A stretch of DNA of 64,000 bases from a candidate division FCPU426 bacterium (GTDB taxonomy: Bacteria; Oederibacteriota; JAAXVQ01; JAUVAV01), in the NCBI GenBank assembly GCA_040756875.1, contig JBFLYH010000003.1, positions 352,001-416,000 on the forward strand, in the 5' to 3' direction. Shown here piece by piece: positions 40,901 through 50,700 of this stretch. The notes under the pieces are model-generated. The model was not told the DNA's origin and searched no databases. It worked only from the letters and a program-made list of their open reading frames with translations. A program made the position numbers and the translations under genes. Each line of letters starts with the position of its first letter. Positions within the stretch are counted from its first letter, which is position 1.

Positions 40901-43900
40901 GGCGCTGACCGCAGCAATATCGACAAGCGGCATGGTTTGGGCTTGAACAGCGGCAATGCTTTTCGTGCTTTTTTCAGCCGTCAGGTGAATGAGCGGCGGC
41001 ATTTCGGCGGCCGCTTCTTCGGTTGCCGGGCCTGCTAGCGGTTGCACCGGGGTTTCGCGAACCGTCACTTCAGTATCCAAATCCGTCCTCAGTTGCTTGG
41101 GTTGGTTGAGGCGGTCGATCAGACTTTTAGCCAAGAGCGCCGGGCCGGACCATAGCCACGCGTTTTGGCGGACAAAATCCATGACGCCGATCGAAATATC
41201 CTGGACCAGTCCCGCCACGGTTGCCAGCATGAAGCGGCTGGAATTGGCGTGCTGCATGGTGAACCGCAGTATCTTGTTCTCGTTGTCAAATTGTTTGAGA
41301 AGATTGAGGTAATCGTTGAAGAATTTATATTCCGCATCCGTGAGCTTGGGATCGCCGAATGCGGAAATATAGACGTGATCACGCTCGGCGGCATCCAGAT
41401 CCGCTTCCAGCTGTTGCATTTGCTGCTGTGTTACACCTTGCATCAAGGCTTGCGTCCCCAAATTGCCTTTGGCGCGCGCGCCCTCCAGCACGATCATTTG
41501 GTCGATGTTGATGGGAAAACCCAGCCGTTCCCTTAAAAGCTGATTATAAATCTGGATTTTCAGGAAATTCTCATACATATACATGCTAAAGCGGTCACAG
41601 AATGTTTCCAAAGCAATAAGAATATTGATGCTGTCTTTGGTTTCTGCGCTGGCTGGTTTGTCGGACACTTTGACCAAGGCCTTGTAAATGTTCTTTATAA
41701 ATACCACACTGGTTTGAAGGCGGGGGTCGCTGTTGATCAACCGCAAATAGCTTTCCAGATTTATCGCGCGGAGATGGTCCTGTTCATCCACAGTCAGGTT
41801 GGCGGGAATTTCATCCGGCATATGCAGCACCAAGGCATGAACGGCCTCGTGCAGAAAAGCCAGGCTGATCCAGGCTTGCAGGGTTTGGAAATCCTTGGGA
41901 GCGGTCTTCTTCTGCCATTGCTGGGCGGCGAACTTCAGCAGTTGTTCAAAGGCGGGGGCGTTTTCCTCGGCCCGGGCCAGATAATCGGGCAAGGAATCGC
42001 GCAGGATCTGGTACAAAGCATCCGGCCGCAATCCGTTCAATACAGCTTCGATATAGCGCGCCGGGATTTCTTTGTAGGGCATCTTCACATCCATCAATAC
42101 GATCCGGAAAACCATGGTGGCCATTTCATTCTGATTGCGCGGCAGTCGGAACAAAGGCTCGCTGGCGATCGGGGCCGGTTGCACGTAAATTTGCTTCGGA
42201 TCCTCGTTCACCTCTTCGTCCTTGGTGAACCAATCCACCAGCACCTGGTCGCTGAAACGGCGGAGTCCGTTGGCCTCCAGCAGCTGAAGCCAGGTCTCCA
42301 CCATGTCCTCGGAAACGATTTCGAACGCGCCCGGCACGGGCCGTTTTTGATCTCCCTCGATAAGATCTCCGAATTTTTGTTTGATCCGTTGGGTGATGGC
42401 CCGCGTGCTTTCCTGGGCCCTGAGCATGGCGAAATCTGTCCCAAACTGGGCCTGCGTGGTTTTTTCCTGGCGTATCTCCCGGCGTCCCATTAACTTGGTC
42501 ATCTGGGTGATGCCAAACACCCCGCCCATGGTCGTGCTGCCGAACAGGGTTTGCGCGTTCTGCATCATGTTCGCCGCAACAGCAGGGTCGTGCGTTTGGG
42601 GCATGAACGGCAACACTTGCACCACCTGGTCCACCGCTGCCGTCAATCCTTGCAGATGCACCGCCAGGCCGGTCCGCACGGACAAAGACACGACGATGTC
42701 GGACAAGAGCGGCATAGCCAGGATGGGGATGGCCACCGCAGCAATGGCCAGGACCCCCAAAATCACGTTGCGCTTGGTGAAGAGCCGCTGGCCGAAATCC
42801 CCGGTGGCGTTCGTGGTCACCCACCAGGCGGCCAAAAGCATCAGGCTGCCGGTTGCCACCAGCAGAGCCGGAACCGCACTCGCGGTAAATCCAAGCAGAG
42901 GCAGGACGATCCCCGCCAAGAGCCCGCCGGAAAGCAGCCACAAGGCGGAAATCCGCAGTTGGGTGGAATTGATGGCCGTCGGCCGCGCCGCATACGCCTC
43001 TACTTCCGTGCGGGAGAGAACCTGCAGGCCCTGGCGGTTGAATTGCAGGCCCATGATCGTCGATTGATCGTTCGCGCTGATCCTGACCAGGCGGTCCCGT
43101 AGGCGTTCCAGGGTCAAACCAGGCAGGCGGAGATAGGAACTGTTGCCGAGCCGTTGCAAGCCGTTCTCAATGAACCCGACCGCCCGTTGAAATTGCAGGC
43201 GGAAAGCCGGCAGCGTGAGGAAGTTGCGCACCGCCATGGCCGCCGGGCCGGCTGTTTGTTTGGCCAACAACTGCTCGAATTCGGTCGGCCTTTCCGGCGC
43301 CCGCAACAGTTCGAAATAATTGGCCGAAGACTCGGCGCGGTCCATGGCCGGCCGCAGCACCACATAGGCCTGCCCGGCCTGCCGCGCCAAATCACGGATG
43401 GCTTCGGTATGATACCCGCCGGTGATCAATACGGCCCGTTTCTCTCCGCGATCCCTGAGTCGCTGCCAGGCATTCCGGAACAGCGCTGCGTCGCGCTGTG
43501 CGGCCAGGTCGTAAAATTTCATGGCCTGCTGCAGCAGCGCCGGCAGGGTATCTAGGTCGCGGGCCAACGTGGGGTTGTCGGCCACGAGCGCCTGCAAGCC
43601 GGCAACATTCACTTCCCGGCTCAGCGCCTGATACCGGTCCAGGTCTTCGCGGGAGGCGGACACGTTCAGGATGCGTTCAGCCAGTTCCACCCACTCCTGG
43701 TACTGCAGCAATTGACTCTCACCAGGCGTCCTTATAAGCCGGGCGCGCAATTGCGCTTCCAAATGCTGCACCTGGAGGTTGCGGGAATAGTAATCCCGTT
43801 CGACCTGGCGCTCCCAGCCGCGCAGGGATTCAGGATAGAGAGGCACTTGGGCCCGCCCGGCCTCCCGCATCAGATCCCGGCGGTAGGTTTCAGAATCCGC

Positions 43901-44611
43901 GTCGCCGCGCTGGTAAAATTTGCGGCGGCGCTCGAAGCTCAGCAACGGAGCGTTGAATTGCTGTTCCTGAAGAAAATCGAGTTGGTCCAAGAGTTCCTGC
44001 ACCAAGCCCCGGTTCTCCTCGGTGGCGAATTGGCGGATCAGCACCAGGCTGCGTTCATACAAAGCCGAGTCTTCGGCGCCGAACAGTTCCAATTCCGGCC
44101 GGTCGAGAATGGCCAGCCAGTCCGCGCCGGTCAGCTTGCCCATGCGCACGAAATATTCGGTCACCGCCCTTTTGGCTGCGCTTTCCGGCATCGAGGACAG
44201 TTCCAGGGTCGGAATGATGCCGCTGCCGCCCTCGACCGCAATCAAGCGCAAGTCAGGATAACGTGCGCAAAGAGTATCCACCATGCCGCGGATATTGGTT
44301 TGAATGCCGGTATGACAGTGCAGATCTTGGATAAGAATGAAGGTCACCGGTCCGGGAAGGCCGGCTTCAGCCACGCGCCCCAAATGCGCAGGTATCTGGT
44401 ATTCCGCTGCCAGCCGGTCACTGCCCGGACCTTCCAAGCGCACTCCTTGGCTGGGCGGCAACAGGTAGCTTTCAGCATTAAAAGCAAACCCAAGGGTTGG
44501 CATAAGAAAACTCAGTGCACATGCCAAGGCGATTACCCTAATCCCCGGGTGTTTTCTTGGCAAGATAGAAAGAAACAATCCGCCAATGCTGTTTTTGTTC
44601 TTCATGGTCAT
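37901..44611 (-). CDS. Giant (2236 aa) exported/membrane protein with EreA/ChaN/Tiki-like N-terminal domain, TM cluster, HExxH region and conserved C-terminal domain
   Basis: Uninterrupted ORF with GGGGG RBS; signal peptide; IQDLHCH...AVEGG...QRDAALFRN...LITGGYH; HEAVH; paralogous to 44734-63126 at both ends. Confidence 0.85.
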   Translation of the reverse strand: MTMKNKNSIGGLFLSILPRKHPGIRVIALACALSFLMPTLGFAFNAESYLLPPSQGVRLEGPGSDRLAAEYQIPAHLGRVAEAGLPGPVTFILIQDLHCHTGIQTNIRGMVDTLCARYPDLRLIAVEGGSGIIPTLELSSMPESAAKRAVTEYFVRMGKLTGADWLAILDRPELELFGAEDSALYERSLVLIRQFATEENRGLVQELLDQLDFLQEQQFNAPLLSFERRRKFYQRGDADSETYRRDLMREAGRAQVPLYPESLRGWERQVERDYYSRNLQVQHLEAQLRARLIRTPGESQLLQYQEWVELAERILNVSASREDLDRYQALSREVNVAGLQALVADNPTLARDLDTLPALLQQAMKFYDLAAQRDAALFRNAWQRLRDRGEKRAVLITGGYHTEAIRDLARQAGQAYVVLRPAMDRAESSANYFELLRAPERPTEFEQLLAKQTAGPAAMAVRNFLTLPAFRLQFQRAVGFIENGLQRLGNSSYLRLPGLTLERLRDRLVRISANDQSTIMGLQFNRQGLQVLSRTEVEAYAARPTAINSTQLRISALWLLSGGLLAGIVLPLLGFTASAVPALLVATGSLMLLAAWWVTTNATGDFGQRLFTKRNVILGVLAIAAVAIPILAMPLLSDIVVSLSVRTGLAVHLQGLTAAVDQVVQVLPFMPQTHDPAVAANMMQNAQTLFGSTTMGGVFGITQMTKLMGRREIRQEKTTQAQFGTDFAMLRAQESTRAITQRIKQKFGDLIEGDQKRPVPGAFEIVSEDMVETWLQLLEANGLRRFSDQVLVDWFTKDEEVNEDPKQIYVQPAPIASEPLFRLPRNQNEMATMVFRIVLMDVKMPYKEIPARYIEAVLNGLRPDALYQILRDSLPDYLARAEENAPAFEQLLKFAAQQWQKKTAPKDFQTLQAWISLAFLHEAVHALVLHMPDEIPANLTVDEQDHLRAINLESYLRLINSDPRLQTSVVFIKNIYKALVKVSDKPASAETKDSINILIALETFCDRFSMYMYENFLKIQIYNQLLRERLGFPINIDQMIVLEGARAKGNLGTQALMQGVTQQQMQQLEADLDAAERDHVYISAFGDPKLTDAEYKFFNDYLNLLKQFDNENKILRFTMQHANSSRFMLATVAGLVQDISIGVMDFVRQNAWLWSGPALLAKSLIDRLNQPKQLRTDLDTEVTVRETPVQPLAGPATEEAAAEMPPLIHLTAEKSTKSIAAVQAQTMPLVDIAAVSAEEPKAAKRPTLRSLLEHELDQPVIQLSLTSETVASAPVQPARLGEDGSEAKRRTRQEADQTLSTSRFVQTMMDKNEDMVEAGRKEDQETQLVSFSQLPASAVTSEAPVASNDFATGVMAAETAGLVDTDLTGLPRYPADGVPPPGAFALPAEVRLPGQSNLVPVLSLGAQNAQTTVNTGTNAVNTQGLNQSVPGQELPGRSVAQAARMVAGLTEDGQLTLSPTGIGPSETQPYVPGGRSYFVPLLGGLAMPGSAKEQLLSEQRALYILGQAAQVLNTLPDGQTVTLGLDNPQLKARIDAMLESLRASGVGTGLADRIQTTLFPVDPATGQRLAPTDWRAPNSLAVLSEAGSNLSPLTVVIGRNGEATVGVKVPAIKMDEAQKAFAGKAGWDALLADHQRLLSQMRNQTELEGYLLVSAATVQQLQSTPGQVNNLLTSVVGFQAASQTGIQLPLTALRTAAQPALAQGAERVVVDFNQSAYRALERAARTGAQGVLLFGLSEVALASLAGYDFNSLFMQSLFNADTLETSSVASAVERDDLQEELGLESEALTQWQQEARSFVMEQLGEQAAQGLSDRQLNAQAEALLGLDAVTTVISDKALANRLLRLRGQEVAEPPSLFASDVFYRFKRGRMVSQPRMNVEAWSPEMKVTAHEQKRGMAKVVSALLLGFAAGSLVMDTLAQVARTRDRQGRRLPLFRVITHPDFVKSLQLMVRVVFGERRAMESLSPLLRQQIQDLQGLIEKQRVLETLQPGEVPVSLKYSLSQFVRFNRFLSNHSVFKLLMNLVRIQNLVPLYPELFALLSESDQLQSVMFYFAPATTLQRHFNQLEGAHPGLKANLTRSADQAKQELAQLRAEQQQLLKNPEASAARLAQVAVAIKDRRFSLLLQRALDRLERDITPYNLQRVVTLLMREVSRRDVADFEAYQESLFQVMTRIEPFQQFPVQVLLDSGKVIQTTLPASIYNTHLRDDLLFFLDVFDTQGKPLPPVRRKILRTGAAA

Positions 44612-44665
44612 ACCCCCAATAGCAAAAAACGTATTAAAATCAAACAGCTAATATATTACGTATAA

Positions 44666-44694
44666 AATATAACACTTTTCTTGTCGTATTTCAA
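44666..44694 (-). promoter_or_regulatory. Sigma70-like promoter with extended -10 for the 2236-aa gene
   Basis: TTGAAA-17 nt-TATATT with TGn preceding the -10. Confidence 0.45.
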
Positions 44695-44733
44695 ATTGAT
44701 ACTATAATAAATAACCAATTAAAATAAGCATAA

Positions 44734-47700
44734 TCAGGCAGCGCTATCAACTGCCCTACGTTGTCTAGGTTGTGGTGCTTCCCAGATTTGGTTATCTATT
44801 TTAATGACTGGGAATATCCGTTTAAAGCGAATTAAAAGATTTGGCTTTTCAAGTACAGCCATGGGTAACTGCCGGGAGAACTGACTGCCATCTGCCATTT
44901 GCAGGGTCACGTTTTTCTGGTTTGACGGCAGGCTAGATAAAATATCCAATACCGCTTCTCTGGCCACCGGGTCGTCTTTAACTTCATTTAATACTCCCAA
45001 TAACTCTTGCAGCAATAGCGAAACCTGAACCGAATCCCGTGAACGGTTCAGTGCCAAGACGATCTGTTCCAGCCAGGCGCTGCGGGCAATCGCCCGGGAG
45101 GCAGGCGTGGCAGCCATGGTCCGCAAACGGTATTGGAACGCAAACCCCGGCGCCAACACCGTCAAACCGGTCAGCACAAAACTCGCGGCCATATTCACTC
45201 CGGCGCCGTTAACCAGGGCCAGGCTGATTCCGGCCCAGGCGGCCAAACTCAAGCCGATGACCGCGGCCCTGCCCCAGAAATTGTTTTGAGGCCTGGGAAG
45301 CAGGAGCATGAGCTTGAGTCCGGCTGGCAGGCCGCGCATTTGAATAATAGCCCGCCCCAGTCCGCTTTCCACAAAGCGCAGTCTTAAACGCTGCCAAACC
45401 GTGGTTCCGGGCTGCGCCGTTACACCCAGGTTCTGGTCCTGGCGCACGGTGGCAATGATTTCCTGCAGCGGCTGCGCCTCGGCCGTTGTGCCTGCTGCTG
45501 TTTCGGCGTCTGCCGGCTCAGCGGCCCGTGGAGCCAGCACACCGCGGAACCCGGCCACGCTCAGACCGGCCAGGGCAAACACCGCACCCAAAGCCACGGG
45601 CACGGCTGCCGGCAGGGCGACGAAGAAACTCGCGGCCAACAACAATCCCGAAGTTAAAAAGACGCCACTCAATACAACCGCATCCCAACGCGGCCCGGTC
45701 CGTAAACGGGCAAACGCCATGGGGGCGGTCAAGGTGTCCAGCGTATGGGTTAAAAATTCCGCCAGACCCGCAACCAAGGCATAGCGGAACGTGCCTGTTG
45801 GCATGGACGCCATGTTGATCCCGAACACGCGCAGGAGGCGCTGCGCCGCGGCATGTGAAAATCCTTCATGCCAGGCAATCGGCCAGTCCGCTTCGCCCAA
45901 CACGGCGCCGGTCTGGGGGTCCACCATCTTCTCGATTTTCGGATCATAGGCTCCGACCGGTTCGCCCACGTGGCGCAGCAGGCCCGGGAATCCGTACTTG
46001 GCCCGCAACAACCGGAATGCGGTTGCCAGCTTGGCCGAAGGATAGAGCAACCCGAGCCCCAGGGACGGCAGCAGGGGCAGCCCCAGACCCAGGCTCAAAA
46101 TCCCGATCCAGACCGCGGCCACGACCAAGGTGTTCCGCAGGCTTAATGCCTGGTAATCGCCGTTTTTCCTCCCCAAGACCGCCTGGCGCACGATTCCGCG
46201 GCTCATGATCGTGTCCGCGATCATCTGCTCGATCATGCGGACCGTGCGGCTGGCGCTTTTTTGCGTCTCCGGAGAAATGATGAGCGCGTCCGTGGGCACG
46301 GGCATTCTCGACTGGGGTTCCGTGGATTTACGGTCTTTGGCTGTCAGGTCAAAATAAACCCGGATGTCCGTCCGTTTAACGTATTGCTCGGGCGTTTGCC
46401 CCACCACGATGACCCGGCCTTTTTGGGCTGAGTTTTGGACCAGCCGGCTGACCAGGGTATCCAGCAATTGCCGCTGATCCCTGAAGATTTTCGCGCCCAC
46501 GGTCAACTCCGAGGATTCCGTGGTTTCGCCCGCCAGTTCGTTGCGGTTAAAAGCCATGGTTTCCTTGGCCGCGCCTTTACGGTTGTAGTCGGCGGTCAGA
46601 CCTTCGGCCGTTAACCGGAACTTGGCCCGTTTGACAAATTCCTCGAAGCTGTCCGCCTTGCCGGCTGCGAGAAACTTCTCATACACCGAAACGATTCCCC
46701 GATAAACCAACCCGACATCGATGACCCGGTAACTGAGGCTCTGAGCCAGTTTCCAGGCAGCCTCGATCTTGCCCGTACCCGAGGGCCCACCCATGGTAAT
46801 GATCCAATCGACCGCCTTGATGACGTCCTGTTTGACCAGGGTATAGCCCGGACGGGTGGCGCTCTCATCGAGGAAATTAGGCAGGATTTTAATCTCAGCG
46901 CCGAACGCCATGGGATCAACCGGCGCGATTTTAATTTTAACGTCGAAATAGCCGTCGGTTATTTGCTCGATTTTTATGCGCCCGTCTGCGCCCTGGGTGA
47001 TGCTGACGTTGACCCCGGCGGCTTTTTGGCCGTCAACGACCTTGATGCGGTAGCCGTGCGCTTCCAAATAGGGTATCAGCTGATTGACCGCTTTCTCAAT
47101 CTGGTCCACATGAGGAATGACCAATAGGGTCCCTACGACGTCGTCCACGATTTTCTTGACGTTTCGTTCGTTGTATATGTCGGTGTCGCTGAAATCCGGC
47201 TTGGCTGGCATGGCCTTATTCCAATACCGCAGGAAATTCATGAGGATAGAGAAGGGTTCCTTGACTCGGCCCGGAGCGACCAGCATGTCCAAATCCACCT
47301 GGTCCGCAAAGCTGCGCAAGTCTTCGCGCAAGCGTTCCATTTCTTTTTCCCGTCTGGCGGGATCGATCAACCGCCGGAGGCGGGCCATGGCCGGACGAAG
47401 CTCGGGATGGCGGTCCAGATATTGATCGACCATCCCGCCGCCGTGCCGCTGTTCCCACAGGAGAGTGATTTCCCAGAACTTCCGCTCCGCATCAGGCAGG
47501 GCGTAGTGCCCCATTTGCCGCATCTCTTCAATGACTTGCCGTGCGTTCAGGAAAATGACCCCCAGATAATCGAAATCCATATCCTCGAGCGCTTCCTGGT
47601 TGTCGTGATACAACTGGCGCAAGGCGTCGATAGCCGCCAATTTGTCGTCGCTTTCGCTTGCCAGGCGCTGGGCCGTATTCACAAACCAGCGTTGGAAAAT

Positions 47701-50700
47701 TTGGTCGTTGCGTATATTGAAATTCAGCAGACTCCATTCCGGCGAAATGAATTCCTTGGCTTCCTGCGCTTGGCCGTTGGCTTCCTGTTCCAGGTTGACG
47801 GCAAAAACGATTTCGCCGCCCAAGGGGCGGGCGAAAGCCGCTAGCGCATCCGTGGCTGCTTTTTCCAGAACCCTAAACAAGTCCCGGCCCGGCATCTGGG
47901 AGCGGACTTCGCCCTGGCGGGTCGGCACTTGGGCCAGGGCCTTATCATAGGCTTCGGCGCCGGCCACGCCCATGGAAAGCTTGGGTACGTACAAATAACC
48001 CGCATGCAGTCCGATTTTGGATTCAACTTCAAAGGGCATGGCAGCCAGCGTGTCAGCCGAGGTGCCCGAAGGCTGCAGGATGCCGGCCACTTCCAGAGCA
48101 TGCTGCAGGTCTTTCTGGGCCGATATTTCATAAACAACGTGCACTTGCCGGCCTTCGGTAATCCCCACGGCGCCGTGCCCGAATTCCCTGACCGCGTTGC
48201 GCAACTGGCTGAGACGAATGTTGAAATCCCGCTCCGAGATGGTCCGGGCCTGGTTGTCGAGGTCGAAATACTGCAGGGTGACCACCCGGTAACGGCGGTT
48301 GAAGCTATAGAATAAATAGGATTGAACGTCCTGCAGCAACCGGCTGAATTCTTTGTCGTTTCTCAGCTTGGTCGCAATGGCAAACCGGGCGGAAGTGTTT
48401 TCCGGCCGGAAGAAGAAAATATTTCTGCCCAAATATCCTTGCAGAATTTGCAAGGTTTTTTCATAAATGAACTCCGCGATATCCTGGCCGTAAATATCCT
48501 TCAAATCGGAGAAAGAATCGATCTCCGCCACGGCCAGGGCCGCCGGTTCTCCGTCGGATAACAGTTTCTCCACCCGGCGCTGGCCGGAAACGCGCTGCGG
48601 AATTTTATACCTGTCCCGGACAATGGTATCCTTGCCCAAACCGCCGACCATACCCGCGGCCAGGATGAATTGTCCACCGGCTGGTTGCTGGTTCAAGAGG
48701 GCGTAGATCCCGATGGCGGCCAGGAGGATGATCATCGGGTTGCCGCGGACGAAATCAACCGCGCGCTGCAGATGCCGGCGCAGCACCGGCCAGGCGGTTT
48801 CCCGCAGGGCGGCCACGCGCAGGCGCAGTTTCTGGAACGCGCTCAAGAAGGCGGCTGCACCGGCCAGCAGCCCTACGCCCAGCAGGACGGCTCCAGCGCC
48901 AAACAGGGCCGCGGTCCCGGCGCCGAGAAAAACGGCGGTGTAGATGAGGTATCCCAGTCCAACGGCCAGGAACGAACCGCCGGCCAAGCCCATCACCAGC
49001 GATAAGGAAGCGGTGCCGCGCTCTCCCAAACGCGGGGTCCTGCCTTCGGGCTGGCTGGCCGTTTGCGCGACCGAGGCGATTTCAGCATCGCGTTTTTCTT
49101 TGGTCTGAAGCAACCGGTTCCAGAAATAAGCCAGCGTGGTCTCCAGCGGCCGGTCTTTGAAGAATTCTCCGCTGAGCGTGGTCAAAACATGTTCCTCGGC
49201 GCTGCGAAGCACGAAGAGGCGCTCAGCCTCGGTCAAACCGAATTGATCCATTACCGTGGACAGTTCCGGCAACACCTCGGAGTAGCGGTCCGCCAGCCAG
49301 GCAATGATCATGGCCCGGGTCAGCCGCAGCATGCGCTGAGACCGCCAAGGGGACCCCAGGGAATACAAGGCTTGCATTAAATCATTCACAAAAGCACCGT
49401 GCGGCCCGCGCCAGGCCAGACGCCGCTCCAGGAAATCCCGGATCTCGTCCGGCGTCCCGTCCAGCGGGCTGGCCACCGGCGCAGCCCGCGCCGGGCGGGC
49501 CTGGAATTCGTCGGCCCGCAGGATTCTGACCCGGGCCAGCAAGGCGCGGGTGGCGGCCATGGCATTGAGCGGCTGGTTCAAGGCGCGACGAACGGATACG
49601 CCCCACAGCGGCGAGCGAACGGAACCGACATTGAAGCCTGAATCCGCCACTAAAGGCAGGTCATTGTCGAAAATCGAGCCCACCGAATCACCGGCTAAAA
49701 ACAGCTCAGTGGTGTCAATACCCAGGTCCGCGGCCATATCTTCCGCGGCCCGGCGTTTGGTGACGTCCCACGGATAAATCCGCAGGTCCTTGCCTTCGAC
49801 ATACATTGCATACTGCCGCTGCAACCGGGGAAACTGCCGGGTGATGAACCGCGCCAATTCGAAGGCCTTGTCCCGGCTTCTGCAGCTGACGTTGAAGTAT
49901 CCCTGCCCCTCGGAAACTTTCTTGTCGGGATAGCTCGCCAGCAGCTGTTCAAGCAAGTTGATGTCGCCGGGTTGAAGCGTGCGCCGATAGGCCGCGTCTT
50001 CGACCGGCTGGCCGGACCGCACCTGCCATTTGGTCGCGCCGTTTTCCCCGTAGATCCGCAGGCGCTCCAAGTCCTGTTCCGTGGCGCCGTAGGCCTGCAA
50101 TTGCTTGATGGTCTTGGCCATGGAGGAGGCGGTCATGATCCGACCCGTGGCCAATCCCACATACTTGCCTTCTTGCAGGGCCTGGGCAATGTCTTTTTCC
50201 TCCATCGTCCCGGTCCAGTCTGTCAGCATGCCCTTGTAGGTCTGACCCAGCCTCTCCTCCCACATTTTTCTTTCGACTTCGGGAAGTAGCGCCAAAAGTT
50301 TGGAGGTAGGCAGCAATTCCGTGCGACCGTCGCGCTCGTCCACTGCCACGGGTGCGCCCCGCTGGGTAAGCAGCACGGCGGTCATGGCATCAAAGAAGAT
50401 GTTCAAAACCTGGGCCGGGCTCAAATTCAGGTCAGGACGGATTGGATCCAGCGCCGGCACGGCTTCCGCTTCCCGGGTTGGCTGTTGCCGCCTCAATTTG
50501 CCGAATAATTCCTGCACGCGGGCGTAGAAGGTCTTGTTTGCAAACGCGTAGAAATCCTCGAAGTATCCGGGCCGGTGGTCTTTGCGACCCATTTCCGGCG
50601 CATCCATGGCCATGAATTTCCTGAGCCACAGGGGAATACTGGCGTTGTTGACCGTGGCGTTGATCAGGATGATTTCCCTCTGCCCCGGCCGTTCCCGGAA

